Part shown: piece by piece, positions 26,744 through 35,243 of the stretch
Layout of the letters: every line of letters begins with the position of its first letter
Position numbering within the stretch: the first letter of the stretch is position 1
From: Bacilli bacterium
GTDB lineage: Bacteria; Bacillota_I; Bacilli_A; RF39; UBA660
Length of the DNA stretch: 64,000 nt
Direction: 5' to 3'
Assembly (NCBI GenBank): GCA_017436345.1
Contig: JAFSDH010000004.1
Location: 2,661-66,660, forward strand
Notes under the pieces: model-generated
What the model was told of the DNA's origin: nothing
Database searches by the model: none
The model's input: only the letters and a program-made list of their open reading frames with translations
Position numbers and translations under genes: made by a program

Positions 26744-27913
26744 ATGTTAGAAAGTATGAAAAAAGCCGATAAAAAAATAATAATTATGGGTGGAATGGTA
26801 TTAGGAATTATTGTAATTTTCATTATTGCTATATTTGTTGTATCACTTTCTAGTGGTGGAAAATTATCATTTGAAAAAATAGAAAAAAAATTAGTTTCTG
26901 CAGCTGAAAGTTACTATGAAGATAATGAAGATGCTCTTCCAGAAAAAGTTGGTAAAAGTGCTGAAATTGATAGTGATGAATTAGTTTCTGGAGGATATAT
27001 CAAAGATTTATCTGAATTTACTGATGAAGATGTAGTTTGTAGTGGTAAAGTAATTGTTGGTAAAACAGAAAGTGGTTACGACTATGTTGCTTCTTTAGAT
27101 TGTGGAGAAGACTATAAAACAGAATTCTTAGCAGATAAATTAATTGAAGAAGACGTTGTTACTAGTGGTGAAGGACTATATAAAATGGAAGATGTAGTTG
27201 AATATGGAACTACTTTAGGAATGGATGAAGATGGTTATGATTTATCAACAAATGAATTAATGACTGGATATATCTATCGTGGAGAAGATCCTGATAACTA
27301 TGTGAAAATCGAAGGAGATAATAATTTATATCGTATTGTAAAAATTGATGGTAATAAAGATATAACTTTATTTTCAACTTATAAAAAACAAAAAGGTAAA
27401 TTTGATACCAACTATAATACAGAAGCACAAAATAACTATGGTATAAATGAATATCCATTAAGTGCAGCTTATAATTCTTTAAAAGATTATTATGAAAGTG
27501 ATCTAATTAATGAATACTTAAAATCTAAAGTAGTTACTAAAAATGTTTGTGTAGGGGCTAGAAGTGTTGATGAAACATCAACTGATGGTAGTGTAGAATG
27601 TAGTGTTGTTCAAAAAGATCAAGCAATTAGTTTAATACCTGTATTTGATATTATGAATGCAAGTTTATCTGATGCTTGTGAAACAACTGTTAATAAAGAA
27701 TGTCAAAATTATAATTATTTAATTAAAGATGTTAGAATGTGGACAATGACTCCTTCAACTGAAAATTCATACACTGGATATAGGGTAGCTTCTGGTATTG
27801 TAGCATCTAGATCAAGTGAAAGTACTATTTATGGTCATGTGTATTATTTATCAAATAGAGTTATTTTTGCCGGTGGTACTGGTACTGAAAAAGATCCATT
27901 TATTTTAAAATAA
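26744..27913 (+). CDS. N-terminally anchored secreted protein with pilin-like head region and large C-terminal domain (unknown family)
   Basis: MLESMKKADKKIIIMGG followed by a TM. Next comes a helix (EKIEKKLVSAAESYYEDNEDALPEK) and a Cys-bracketed loop (VVCSGKVIVGKTESGYDYVASLDCG) reminiscent of Gram-positive type IV pilin head domains. About 250 further residues contain additional Cys. Confidence 0.35.
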   Translation: MLESMKKADKKIIIMGGMVLGIIVIFIIAIFVVSLSSGGKLSFEKIEKKLVSAAESYYEDNEDALPEKVGKSAEIDSDELVSGGYIKDLSEFTDEDVVCSGKVIVGKTESGYDYVASLDCGEDYKTEFLADKLIEEDVVTSGEGLYKMEDVVEYGTTLGMDEDGYDLSTNELMTGYIYRGEDPDNYVKIEGDNNLYRIVKIDGNKDITLFSTYKKQKGKFDTNYNTEAQNNYGINEYPLSAAYNSLKDYYESDLINEYLKSKVVTKNVCVGARSVDETSTDGSVECSVVQKDQAISLIPVFDIMNASLSDACETTVNKECQNYNYLIKDVRMWTMTPSTENSYTGYRVASGIVASRSSESTIYGHVYYLSNRVIFAGGTGTEKDPFILK

Positions 27914-27929
27914 AGTTTATTAATAAAAT

Positions 27930-27963
27930 AATAGTAAAACCCTTTTACTATTATTTTTTTTTT
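27930..27963 (+). terminator. rho-independent terminator
   Basis: 10-bp stem AATAGTAAAA (27930-27939) pairs with TTTTACTATT (27943-27952) around loop CCC. A long T-run follows. Confidence 0.75.
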
Positions 27964-28004
27964 GATATAATTAGTATGATATATTGGTCTTCATGGAGGA
28001 AAAT

Positions 28005-28406
28005 ATGAAAAAAAGTAGTATAAAAAAATTAATTTTAACATTTGTAATAGGATTCTTTTTAAGTATTAATATGGTTTTTGCTGATGATTGTAGTGGGCTT
28101 TTGACAGTAGAAGCTGCTGATTTAATCAAAGAAATAGTAGGATATTTAAGGGTTGGGGTTCCTATTTTATTAATAATTTTATGTTCAAGTGATTTTGTTT
28201 CAGTTGTTACATCACAAGATGATAATGCTATGAAAAAAGCTGGGAGTCGAATTATTAAAAGATTTATTGCAGCTGCAGCATTCTTTTTTGTTCCTGTTAT
28301 AATTGAATTTATTTTAGGAATAGACGCTATTAAAAATAGTTTAAACTTAGTTGATGATCCAACTTGTGGTGTTGTAGAAGACGATACTGTACCAGGTGCA
28401 GATTAA
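28005..28406 (+). CDS. VirB2/TrbC-like pilin-type protein with signal peptide
   Basis: ATG at 28005 follows a GGAGGA RBS; the ORF track starts at 27984. Signal peptide MKKSSIKKLILTFVIGFFLSINMVFA/DD, two TM helices, and a KKAGSRIIKRF loop. Confidence 0.5.
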   Translation: MKKSSIKKLILTFVIGFFLSINMVFADDCSGLLTVEAADLIKEIVGYLRVGVPILLIILCSSDFVSVVTSQDDNAMKKAGSRIIKRFIAAAAFFFVPVIIEFILGIDAIKNSLNLVDDPTCGVVEDDTVPGAD

Positions 28407-28424
28407 AAGGAGAAGTGATTAATT

Positions 28425-30206
28425 GTGACAAGAAACTTTTTTAACGACTTCATACGTGGTTTGTTTGCATCAATTGATTACTTTATTTATTCATCAATTG
28501 AATGGATAACACAAGGTATTTTTGATATATCTAAATTGCGTACAGATGTCGATTTAGTTGAAACTGTTAGACAAAAAATTTATATTATATTAGGTATATT
28601 TATGCTGTTTAAGATATCAGCTTCTCTGGTTAATTATATGATTAATCCAGATCAAATGACTGATAAGGAAAAAGGTGCTACAAAACTTATTTCTAGAACA
28701 ATAACTATGTTAGCATTATTAATGATGTTACCAACGATATTTGATTTTTTATATCGAATTCAAACAGCATTCTTACCAGTATTACCAAGATTATTACTTG
28801 GAAAAGATGCTTCTGAAATAGAAGATACAGTATCTGAGTGTTCTAATGATATGGCTGTAGGTCTCTTACAAGCCTTCTTCCATCCGTATTATTCGGAAGA
28901 AGAAGGAGACTATTATGCAGCAATAGATGGTAAAGAGGAAATAAAAACATTAGAAGAATTCTATGCTAATGTTAATGAAGGAAACGCTATGTCGATTCCA
29001 ATTCTTGGGACGGCAGCTGGATATAGTTATGAATATCGATTCTTATTATCAACTGTTGTTGGAATAATCGTACTGGTATTATTAATTGGAATAACAATTG
29101 ACTTAGCTGTTCGTTTATTTAAGATGTTAGTCTTAGAAATGTTAGCTCCTATACCAGTAATGAGTTATATTGATCCTAAGTCACAAAAAGATGGACCATT
29201 CCAAAACTGGTTAAAGGAATTAGGAAGAACATATATTGATATCTTTGTAAAACTAGGATTGATATATTTAGTATTATTCTTTATTTCAGAATTACACAAT
29301 AATTCATTGTTTGTAAGTTATGAAGGTGCAGAAGGAACCACAAGTAATCCTATCTCACCAGTTAGATTAATGTATTTAAAGGTATTTATCATAATAGGTA
29401 TGTTAATGTTCTTAAAACAAGCAAGCAAATTTATCAAGAATATTCTTGGTATCAAAGACAACAAAAATGGAGGAAGCTTCCTTGGAAACGTTGTTGGTGG
29501 ACTTGCAGGATTTGGAACTGGAGCAATATCTGGTGCTATATCAGGTCGTGGTCTTTCAGGAGCACTTACTGGTGGTATAGCAGGTATGTCAGCAGGATAT
29601 AATGGTGCTGCTAGTGGAAAACCATCAAATGCATGGCGTAGTGCTGGTGATGCCGCTATTCAAGCTAGGCTTGGTGATAAGAATGCTAAGAGTGGAGTGC
29701 TTGCTGCACTACAATCTAAAGCTTCAAATGCTCAAATGAGATCTCAAGCTGCAAAACTAAACTTAACAGAACAAACTGTGGCTGCTGCTAAAGATAATAT
29801 GCTTGCTGCCCAAGCTGCTGCAACACAAGCAGAATGGGATTACAGAGATCTTATTTCACAAGGACCTATGGCTGGTGAAAGTCAAGATGCATACAATGCA
29901 AGAAGAACTGCTGCTTACAATGATTGGCAAGATAAAGTTACAAGAAGTGGAGACGCAGAAAGAAATTACACAAAAGGAAAAGAAGCATACGAAAAGAGTT
30001 ATGGACAAGAAGACAAAGCATATACAAGATATGCTAATGGAACTGTTCATAGAGCTAAAAAAGCAACGACAACAGCAATTAAGAGTGGGGCAACAACTGT
30101 TTACGACTCTGCATCAACAGCTGTTGGTGGTTCTACAATAGAAAGAAGACGTGAGGAACGAACTCAAAAAGTTGCTGATCGTGGTGGATTTAACCCAAAT
30201 AAATAA
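28425..30206 (+). CDS. VirB6/TrbL-like polytopic channel protein with Gly/Ala/Gln-rich C-terminal tail
   Basis: GTG start after an AAAGGAG RBS. 593 aa with at least 6 hydrophobic helices in the first ~350 aa. This is followed by a glycine-zipper-like segment (GGLAGFGTGAISGAISGRGLSGALTGGIAGMSAG) and a coiled-coil-like tail. It occupies the VirB6 position, upstream of VirB3/VirB4. Confidence 0.55.
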   Translation: MTRNFFNDFIRGLFASIDYFIYSSIEWITQGIFDISKLRTDVDLVETVRQKIYIILGIFMLFKISASLVNYMINPDQMTDKEKGATKLISRTITMLALLMMLPTIFDFLYRIQTAFLPVLPRLLLGKDASEIEDTVSECSNDMAVGLLQAFFHPYYSEEEGDYYAAIDGKEEIKTLEEFYANVNEGNAMSIPILGTAAGYSYEYRFLLSTVVGIIVLVLLIGITIDLAVRLFKMLVLEMLAPIPVMSYIDPKSQKDGPFQNWLKELGRTYIDIFVKLGLIYLVLFFISELHNNSLFVSYEGAEGTTSNPISPVRLMYLKVFIIIGMLMFLKQASKFIKNILGIKDNKNGGSFLGNVVGGLAGFGTGAISGAISGRGLSGALTGGIAGMSAGYNGAASGKPSNAWRSAGDAAIQARLGDKNAKSGVLAALQSKASNAQMRSQAAKLNLTEQTVAAAKDNMLAAQAAATQAEWDYRDLISQGPMAGESQDAYNARRTAAYNDWQDKVTRSGDAERNYTKGKEAYEKSYGQEDKAYTRYANGTVHRAKKATTTAIKSGATTVYDSASTAVGGSTIERRREERTQKVADRGGFNPNK

Positions 30207-30225
30207 AAAGGAATAAGGTGATATA

Positions 30226-30561
30226 GTGGAAAACAATTATTTAATCCCTGCCAATGCTAATCGTGGTAAGTTGATAATGGGATTCTTTAGAGGAATAGAT
30301 TTAGCTATATTTGGATCAGGAGCCGGCATAACATTGCTTGGGCTTCTGATATTCCAAAATGCTTTATCAAATGTTGCAATTGCAATAACAGTATTATTAC
30401 CAGTTTTAGTTACTGGATTCTTAGTTATACCAGTTCCACATCAACATAATGTTTTGGTATTTCTAACGAATTTTTATAAATTCTATTTTGTAAATCAAAA
30501 GACGTTTAAATGGAAAGGTTGGTGTAATGAATATGGCGAAGAAGACAACAAACAACAATAA
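30226..30561 (+). CDS. PrgI/VirB3-like small membrane protein
   Basis: 111 aa with a GTG start. IPANANRGKLIMGFFRGIDLAIFGSGAGITLLGLLIF plus a second TM matches the PrgI-family layout. It lies immediately upstream of VirB4. Confidence 0.5.
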   Translation: MENNYLIPANANRGKLIMGFFRGIDLAIFGSGAGITLLGLLIFQNALSNVAIAITVLLPVLVTGFLVIPVPHQHNVLVFLTNFYKFYFVNQKTFKWKGWCNEYGEEDNKQQ

Positions 30562-31090
30562 TAAATATTGTGAAGATTGGCTTCCAGTTGAAAGTATAAG
30601 TAATGGTATGATTATACTTCAAAAAAACTTGAAAGTAACAGGGGTAAAGATAACTCCAAGAAATATATTCATTTTAGATGCAGATTCTCAAATGGGTATA
30701 ATTAATAATTTAAAGAATTTCTATAATCAAATAGATTTTGAATTCTGGTTAGTAGTAGCTGATAGACCTGTAGATATATCTGTATATATGTCTCAACTAC
30801 AATTACTATATAACCAAACACAATCACCTGCAGTTAGAAAATTAATAACTGAGGATATTCAAAAAGGTAATAACTTTATGAATAACAATGTAGTAGATAC
30901 AGAGTATTATGTATTATTCAAAGAATCAGATATTGATAAAATTCAAAAGAGAATAAGAAACTTAATTAATTCTTTATCATCTTGTGGATTAACTGCTAGT
31001 CAAACTAGTAATGAAGATTTAAGAATTATTCTTGATAACTTCTTAAATGGTGGACAAACAACTGAATTTGGAACGGTGGTGGCACTATGA
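30527..31090 (+). CDS. VirB4 N-terminal-domain-like protein (separate ORF)
   Basis: 187 aa. DWLPVESISNGMIILQKNLKVTGVKITPRNIFILDADSQMGIINNLKNFYNQIDFEFWLVV resembles the N-terminal domain of Gram-positive VirB4/TcpF/PrgJ-type ATPases. Its end overlaps the start of the next gene by ATGA. Confidence 0.5.
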   Translation: MNMAKKTTNNNNKYCEDWLPVESISNGMIILQKNLKVTGVKITPRNIFILDADSQMGIINNLKNFYNQIDFEFWLVVADRPVDISVYMSQLQLLYNQTQSPAVRKLITEDIQKGNNFMNNNVVDTEYYVLFKESDIDKIQKRIRNLINSLSSCGLTASQTSNEDLRIILDNFLNGGQTTEFGTVVAL

Positions 31091-32883
31091 GTACAACAAT
31101 GAAATTTAAATCTCAAATTGCACCAAAAGGATTACAATTTGGTGCTAGTGACTTCTTCATTAGTGATAAATATGCAACTGTTTTAACTGTTGTATCATAT
31201 CCAAAATTTATTGCACCAGGTTACTTGTCTACACTTACAACAATGTCTGGTATTAAAATAGTAATTAAGCATATTCCAGTTCCTTTTACTACAATATCTA
31301 AAATGTTAAATAAGCAAATTGCTGATTTAAAAATGCGATATCAAGAAGAAAGAGATCGTACTGTTCAAGAAAGAATTAGATTGGACTATGAATCATTAGA
31401 ATATTTCGTATCAATGTTAGCAGGAAGTCAAGCTAGAATCTTCGATTTCCAAATGCATATCATGATAACAGCAGATACAAAAGAAGACTTAGAATTAAAG
31501 AAAGTAAATGTTAAAAATTACTTAGAAGCAATGGAATTAAGAGCAGTTTCTTTACGTTTTGAACAAGAAAAAGTATTAAAATCAATGCTTCCAATTTTCC
31601 CTAGTCAAGATATTGAAACACGTATTGGAACACCAATACCTTCTGTAACAATAGCTGCGATGTATCCATTTATTTTCGATAGTATTAAAGACCCAGGATT
31701 ATCTACATTATTAGGAGTAGACTTCTCAGGTGGGGTTATTCTATTTAATCAATTCTTATATAAATTAAAGAAAGAAAATAACCGTAATAATGCTAATTTG
31801 ATTTTACTTGGGACTTCAGGGTCAGGGAAATCAACTGCTGCAAAATTGTTATTAAGAAATCATATTCGTAATGGATGCCAAATTGTTGCAATTGACCCAG
31901 AAAACGAACTTGAAGAAATGACTAAAACATTCGGTGGAGATACAATCGACTTAGGTAAGGGTGGAGAATATGGTATGATTAACCCTTTACAAATTGTTAT
32001 TGATGCTGATGAAGAAGAAATTAAACAAGGATTAGGATATACAGTATTAACTCGTACACTTCAATTCTTAAAAGCCTTCATGAAGTATTATGATCCGTCA
32101 ATGGAAGAAGATACTTTAACTATTTTTAGTGAAATAGTTCAAGATACATATAAAAGATTTGGTATAGATTTTGATAAAGATTTCTATCATTTCACAGCAA
32201 ATGACTATCCAACTTTCTCTGATGTTTATGCAACAATTAAAAGTAGAATTATTTCTATGCCTGAACATACTCATGAAAGAGAAACAATGGAAAAGTTAGA
32301 GTTAAAAATTAGACCATTAACTAATGATTTAAGATATTATTTTGATGGTAAAACAACAATTACACATAACAGTGATTTCATTACATTTAATATCAAAGAA
32401 TTAATGAATGCTGAACAAAATATCAAAAATGCCTTATTCTTTAATATCTTAAAGTACGCATGGGGACTATGTTTAAATAAAGAAATAGATACAGTATTTA
32501 TGATTGACGAAGCACACGTATTATTAGGAGATGCTAATACATTAGGAGCTGATTTCTTAGCTCAAGTACAACGTCGTGCTCGTAAATATAATAGTGGTAC
32601 AATTATTATTACACAACAACCAAGTGACTTTGCTGCACCAAATATTATCATGCAAGGTAAAGCTATTTTCGATAACGCATCTTACTATTTAATCATGGGA
32701 TTAAAGAAACAAGCTGCTGAAGACTTATCAAAATTAGTGGACTTAAATGATAATGAAAAAGAAAGTATTAAACACTATAATCAAGGTGAAGCGTTGTTTA
32801 TCTGTGGTAACAGACGTATGAGAATAAATGTAATCTTAACTCCAGAAGAATTAGCATCATTTGGTAGTGGTGGAGGACTATAA
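31087..32883 (+). CDS. VirB4-family T4SS ATPase (ATPase portion)
   Basis: Walker A LLGTSGSGKST and Walker B VFMIDEAHVLL, plus QRRARKYNSGTIIITQQPSDF. The size and order are as in conjugative VirB4 (TraE/TcpF/PrgJ). Confidence 0.85.
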   Translation: MSTTMKFKSQIAPKGLQFGASDFFISDKYATVLTVVSYPKFIAPGYLSTLTTMSGIKIVIKHIPVPFTTISKMLNKQIADLKMRYQEERDRTVQERIRLDYESLEYFVSMLAGSQARIFDFQMHIMITADTKEDLELKKVNVKNYLEAMELRAVSLRFEQEKVLKSMLPIFPSQDIETRIGTPIPSVTIAAMYPFIFDSIKDPGLSTLLGVDFSGGVILFNQFLYKLKKENNRNNANLILLGTSGSGKSTAAKLLLRNHIRNGCQIVAIDPENELEEMTKTFGGDTIDLGKGGEYGMINPLQIVIDADEEEIKQGLGYTVLTRTLQFLKAFMKYYDPSMEEDTLTIFSEIVQDTYKRFGIDFDKDFYHFTANDYPTFSDVYATIKSRIISMPEHTHERETMEKLELKIRPLTNDLRYYFDGKTTITHNSDFITFNIKELMNAEQNIKNALFFNILKYAWGLCLNKEIDTVFMIDEAHVLLGDANTLGADFLAQVQRRARKYNSGTIIITQQPSDFAAPNIIMQGKAIFDNASYYLIMGLKKQAAEDLSKLVDLNDNEKESIKHYNQGEALFICGNRRMRINVILTPEELASFGSGGGL

Positions 32884-32908
32884 TTTATAGTCATACAAAA
32901 ACTTATAT

Positions 32909-32943
32909 AAAAGTGATTTTAATGATTTTAAAATCACTTTTTT
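32909..32943 (+). terminator. rho-independent terminator after VirB4
   Basis: 11-bp stem AAAGTGATTTT (32910-32920) pairs with AAAATCACTTT (32930-32940), followed by a T-run. An extended -10 TGgTATAAT follows at 32946-32954. Confidence 0.7.
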
Positions 32944-32983
32944 AATGGTATAATTTAAGTATATGTAGTAAAGAGGTGATAGA

Positions 32984-35233
32984 ATGAGCAAAGATAATTC
33001 TAATTTAGAATCACCAAGAGATATCATAGAAAAAAATAAAGCAAGAAACACAAGAGCTCATAATCCAAGTGTGGTAAAAAATCCAATTAATAATTCAAGA
33101 GGTATGGCATCAAACTCTCTAGCAGGCGAAGAAGACTTTGATGGTTCCTTTAAAGATGCTGATGTAGAAGCAAATATCGAATCTCCTGGATCAACAGCTA
33201 TTAGTGGTATTGTATATGCCACTAGAAATTTATTTTTAAATAAATGGTTAATAATAACAATGATGGGAGCAGCATTATTTGGTTTTGTTATGATGATTGC
33301 TGTTGTATTCTTGATTAAAAATACCGATTCATTAAATTACGCGTCAGGAACATATTTAGCTAGTGAAGAATATCGTAAAATTTATGATACAGTAGATAAA
33401 GTAGTTCAAGAATATAAAACTAAATATGGCGTTACTGTTGATAAATATTTAATAATATCTGCTTTAACAGCATATCAAGGAAATGAAATGTATGTAGATA
33501 CAACTGATAGTTCTGCATATGACACTATAACAGTAGATACTGAAGGTGAAGATGGTGTATTTAGTAAATCAGTAACAGAGATGGAAAACTATGTTGAAAT
33601 ACTCGCAAAATATCAAATTGTAACTAAATCAAGTTGTAGTTTAGATAGTAGCACACCTCGTGCAATTGCAAGTAATGATGACTCAACAAATTTATTTAAT
33701 TTCTGGACATCTGCGGCATCTAAAGAAAAAAACTACGATTGTAGTGGTGGAAGTGGATATAGTCTTTCAGTTGATGAGGGACGTCTTGAAGATGATGAAA
33801 GTGGAAGTGCATTCTACTGGAATATGATTGATGAAGATTTTCTATTAGAATATTACTCAAAATATTTTAATGGTGTAAATGATGAAATATATGAATCTCA
33901 TGCTGCTGATGTTGTTGAATATATATATTTATATGCGGAAACATTAGAAACTTATGATACAACAAATACAACTGTAGCTGCTTGTAATGGAACATCATTT
34001 TGGTGGCCAATTGGAAGTAGTGAAACACAAGAAAAAAACGGTGTGTTATTTGCTAGTGGAGAACCTGTAAATACAACTATCACAGCTGATTTTTCTGGAA
34101 ATGATAGTGTTCATAGAGGTTCTCATGGTGGTATTGATATAGCAACTGGAGGAAATCCATATATTATTGCCGCTAAAGCCGGAACTGTTATTTATCCTAG
34201 TGATTTATCACAAACTAATAATGGCGCAGGTTTTTATTGTCAAGATGGAAGATGTATGGGAGCTGGATGTAAAAGTAATACATGTGCAACTGACAGTTGC
34301 TCAAATTATGGTGGAGGATATGGAAACTATGTAAAAATAGAACATTCGGATGGAACATATACAGTATATGCACACATGCTTGCAGGATCGATTACTGTTA
34401 AGTCTGGTGACAAAGTAGCACAGGGGCAAGTTATTGGTAAGATGGGAACAAGTGGTTGCTCAACCGGAGAACACCTTCACTTTGAAGTAAGATTAAGTTC
34501 TGAGAATAAAGTTAATCCACTTGATTATGTAAAAAAAGATGATCCTCGACCAGGATGTGGAGATTTTTCATTAACTTCAACATCTCTTACAAAACAAGAA
34601 TTTGTAACATTAATGCGTAATTATTGTTTATCTAGTGGAAATTCTAATTTTTGTAACAACTTTTCTAGTAATGCAGAACTTGTATATGATGTTTCCCTTC
34701 AAAATAATGTAAATCCTGAACTAGTTGTAGTAACAGCAGGAACAGAACAAGGATGGGGAAAATGTGATGGGTTATATAACTTCTGGGGAATAGGAATTCC
34801 TAATGGTGCTGGATGTAGTGCCGGACCACAACTTACTTCAATGGAAGCTGGAATCAAAAAATATGCAGAAACTATTAATGCTTATTTAGAAGGTGGAAGT
34901 TATGCTAATTCAATAACAAAACGTTATAATGAAAGATCTAGTGCTGGTTGTGATCCTGCAGGACACGGTCTTCCAGGAACATTAGCTGGTATGCAATCTG
35001 TTTACTCTTGGATTGGAGATCATAGATACAATCCAGGAAACTGGGGAAAAGGTGGATGTGTATACTTAAATATAATTTATGGAAGTGATTATTGTTCAAG
35101 TAAAATAACATGTGGTAGTCCATATAGTGGATGTCCACCAGAATCGAAAACTACTACTTGTGAACAAAACGATTATACTACTTGGCAATTAAAGGGAAAG
35201 GTTGAAAAAAGACAAGAAATATTTGGTTTATAG
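32984..35233 (+). CDS. membrane-anchored bifunctional cell-wall hydrolase (M23 peptidase + glucosaminidase/lysozyme-like domain), VirB1/TcpG/PrgK analogue
   Basis: TM at ~residue 85-110. M23 motifs HRGSHGGIDIA and GCSTGEHLHFEV. The C-terminal NVNPELVVVTAGTEQGWGK resembles the glucosaminidase-domain signature. Many Cys throughout. Confidence 0.75.
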   Translation: MSKDNSNLESPRDIIEKNKARNTRAHNPSVVKNPINNSRGMASNSLAGEEDFDGSFKDADVEANIESPGSTAISGIVYATRNLFLNKWLIITMMGAALFGFVMMIAVVFLIKNTDSLNYASGTYLASEEYRKIYDTVDKVVQEYKTKYGVTVDKYLIISALTAYQGNEMYVDTTDSSAYDTITVDTEGEDGVFSKSVTEMENYVEILAKYQIVTKSSCSLDSSTPRAIASNDDSTNLFNFWTSAASKEKNYDCSGGSGYSLSVDEGRLEDDESGSAFYWNMIDEDFLLEYYSKYFNGVNDEIYESHAADVVEYIYLYAETLETYDTTNTTVAACNGTSFWWPIGSSETQEKNGVLFASGEPVNTTITADFSGNDSVHRGSHGGIDIATGGNPYIIAAKAGTVIYPSDLSQTNNGAGFYCQDGRCMGAGCKSNTCATDSCSNYGGGYGNYVKIEHSDGTYTVYAHMLAGSITVKSGDKVAQGQVIGKMGTSGCSTGEHLHFEVRLSSENKVNPLDYVKKDDPRPGCGDFSLTSTSLTKQEFVTLMRNYCLSSGNSNFCNNFSSNAELVYDVSLQNNVNPELVVVTAGTEQGWGKCDGLYNFWGIGIPNGAGCSAGPQLTSMEAGIKKYAETINAYLEGGSYANSITKRYNERSSAGCDPAGHGLPGTLAGMQSVYSWIGDHRYNPGNWGKGGCVYLNIIYGSDYCSSKITCGSPYSGCPPESKTTTCEQNDYTTWQLKGKVEKRQEIFGL

Positions 35234-35243
35234 AGGTGAAAAT

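Noticed and set aside
10919-30141. Many 60-115-aa antisense or alternative-frame ORFs inside the locus (e.g. 10919..11263, 12389..12610, 13760..13993, 19188..19397, 20410..20631, 22419..22673, 23386..23640, 24510..24722, 26199..26396, 27210..27458, 29803..30141, 29856..30050)
   Set aside because: All are nested in longer ORFs that have signal peptides, TM patterns or catalytic motifs. None has an RBS or promoter of its own. 24510..24722 directly opposes the pilin-like gene, which does have a consensus promoter and RBS.
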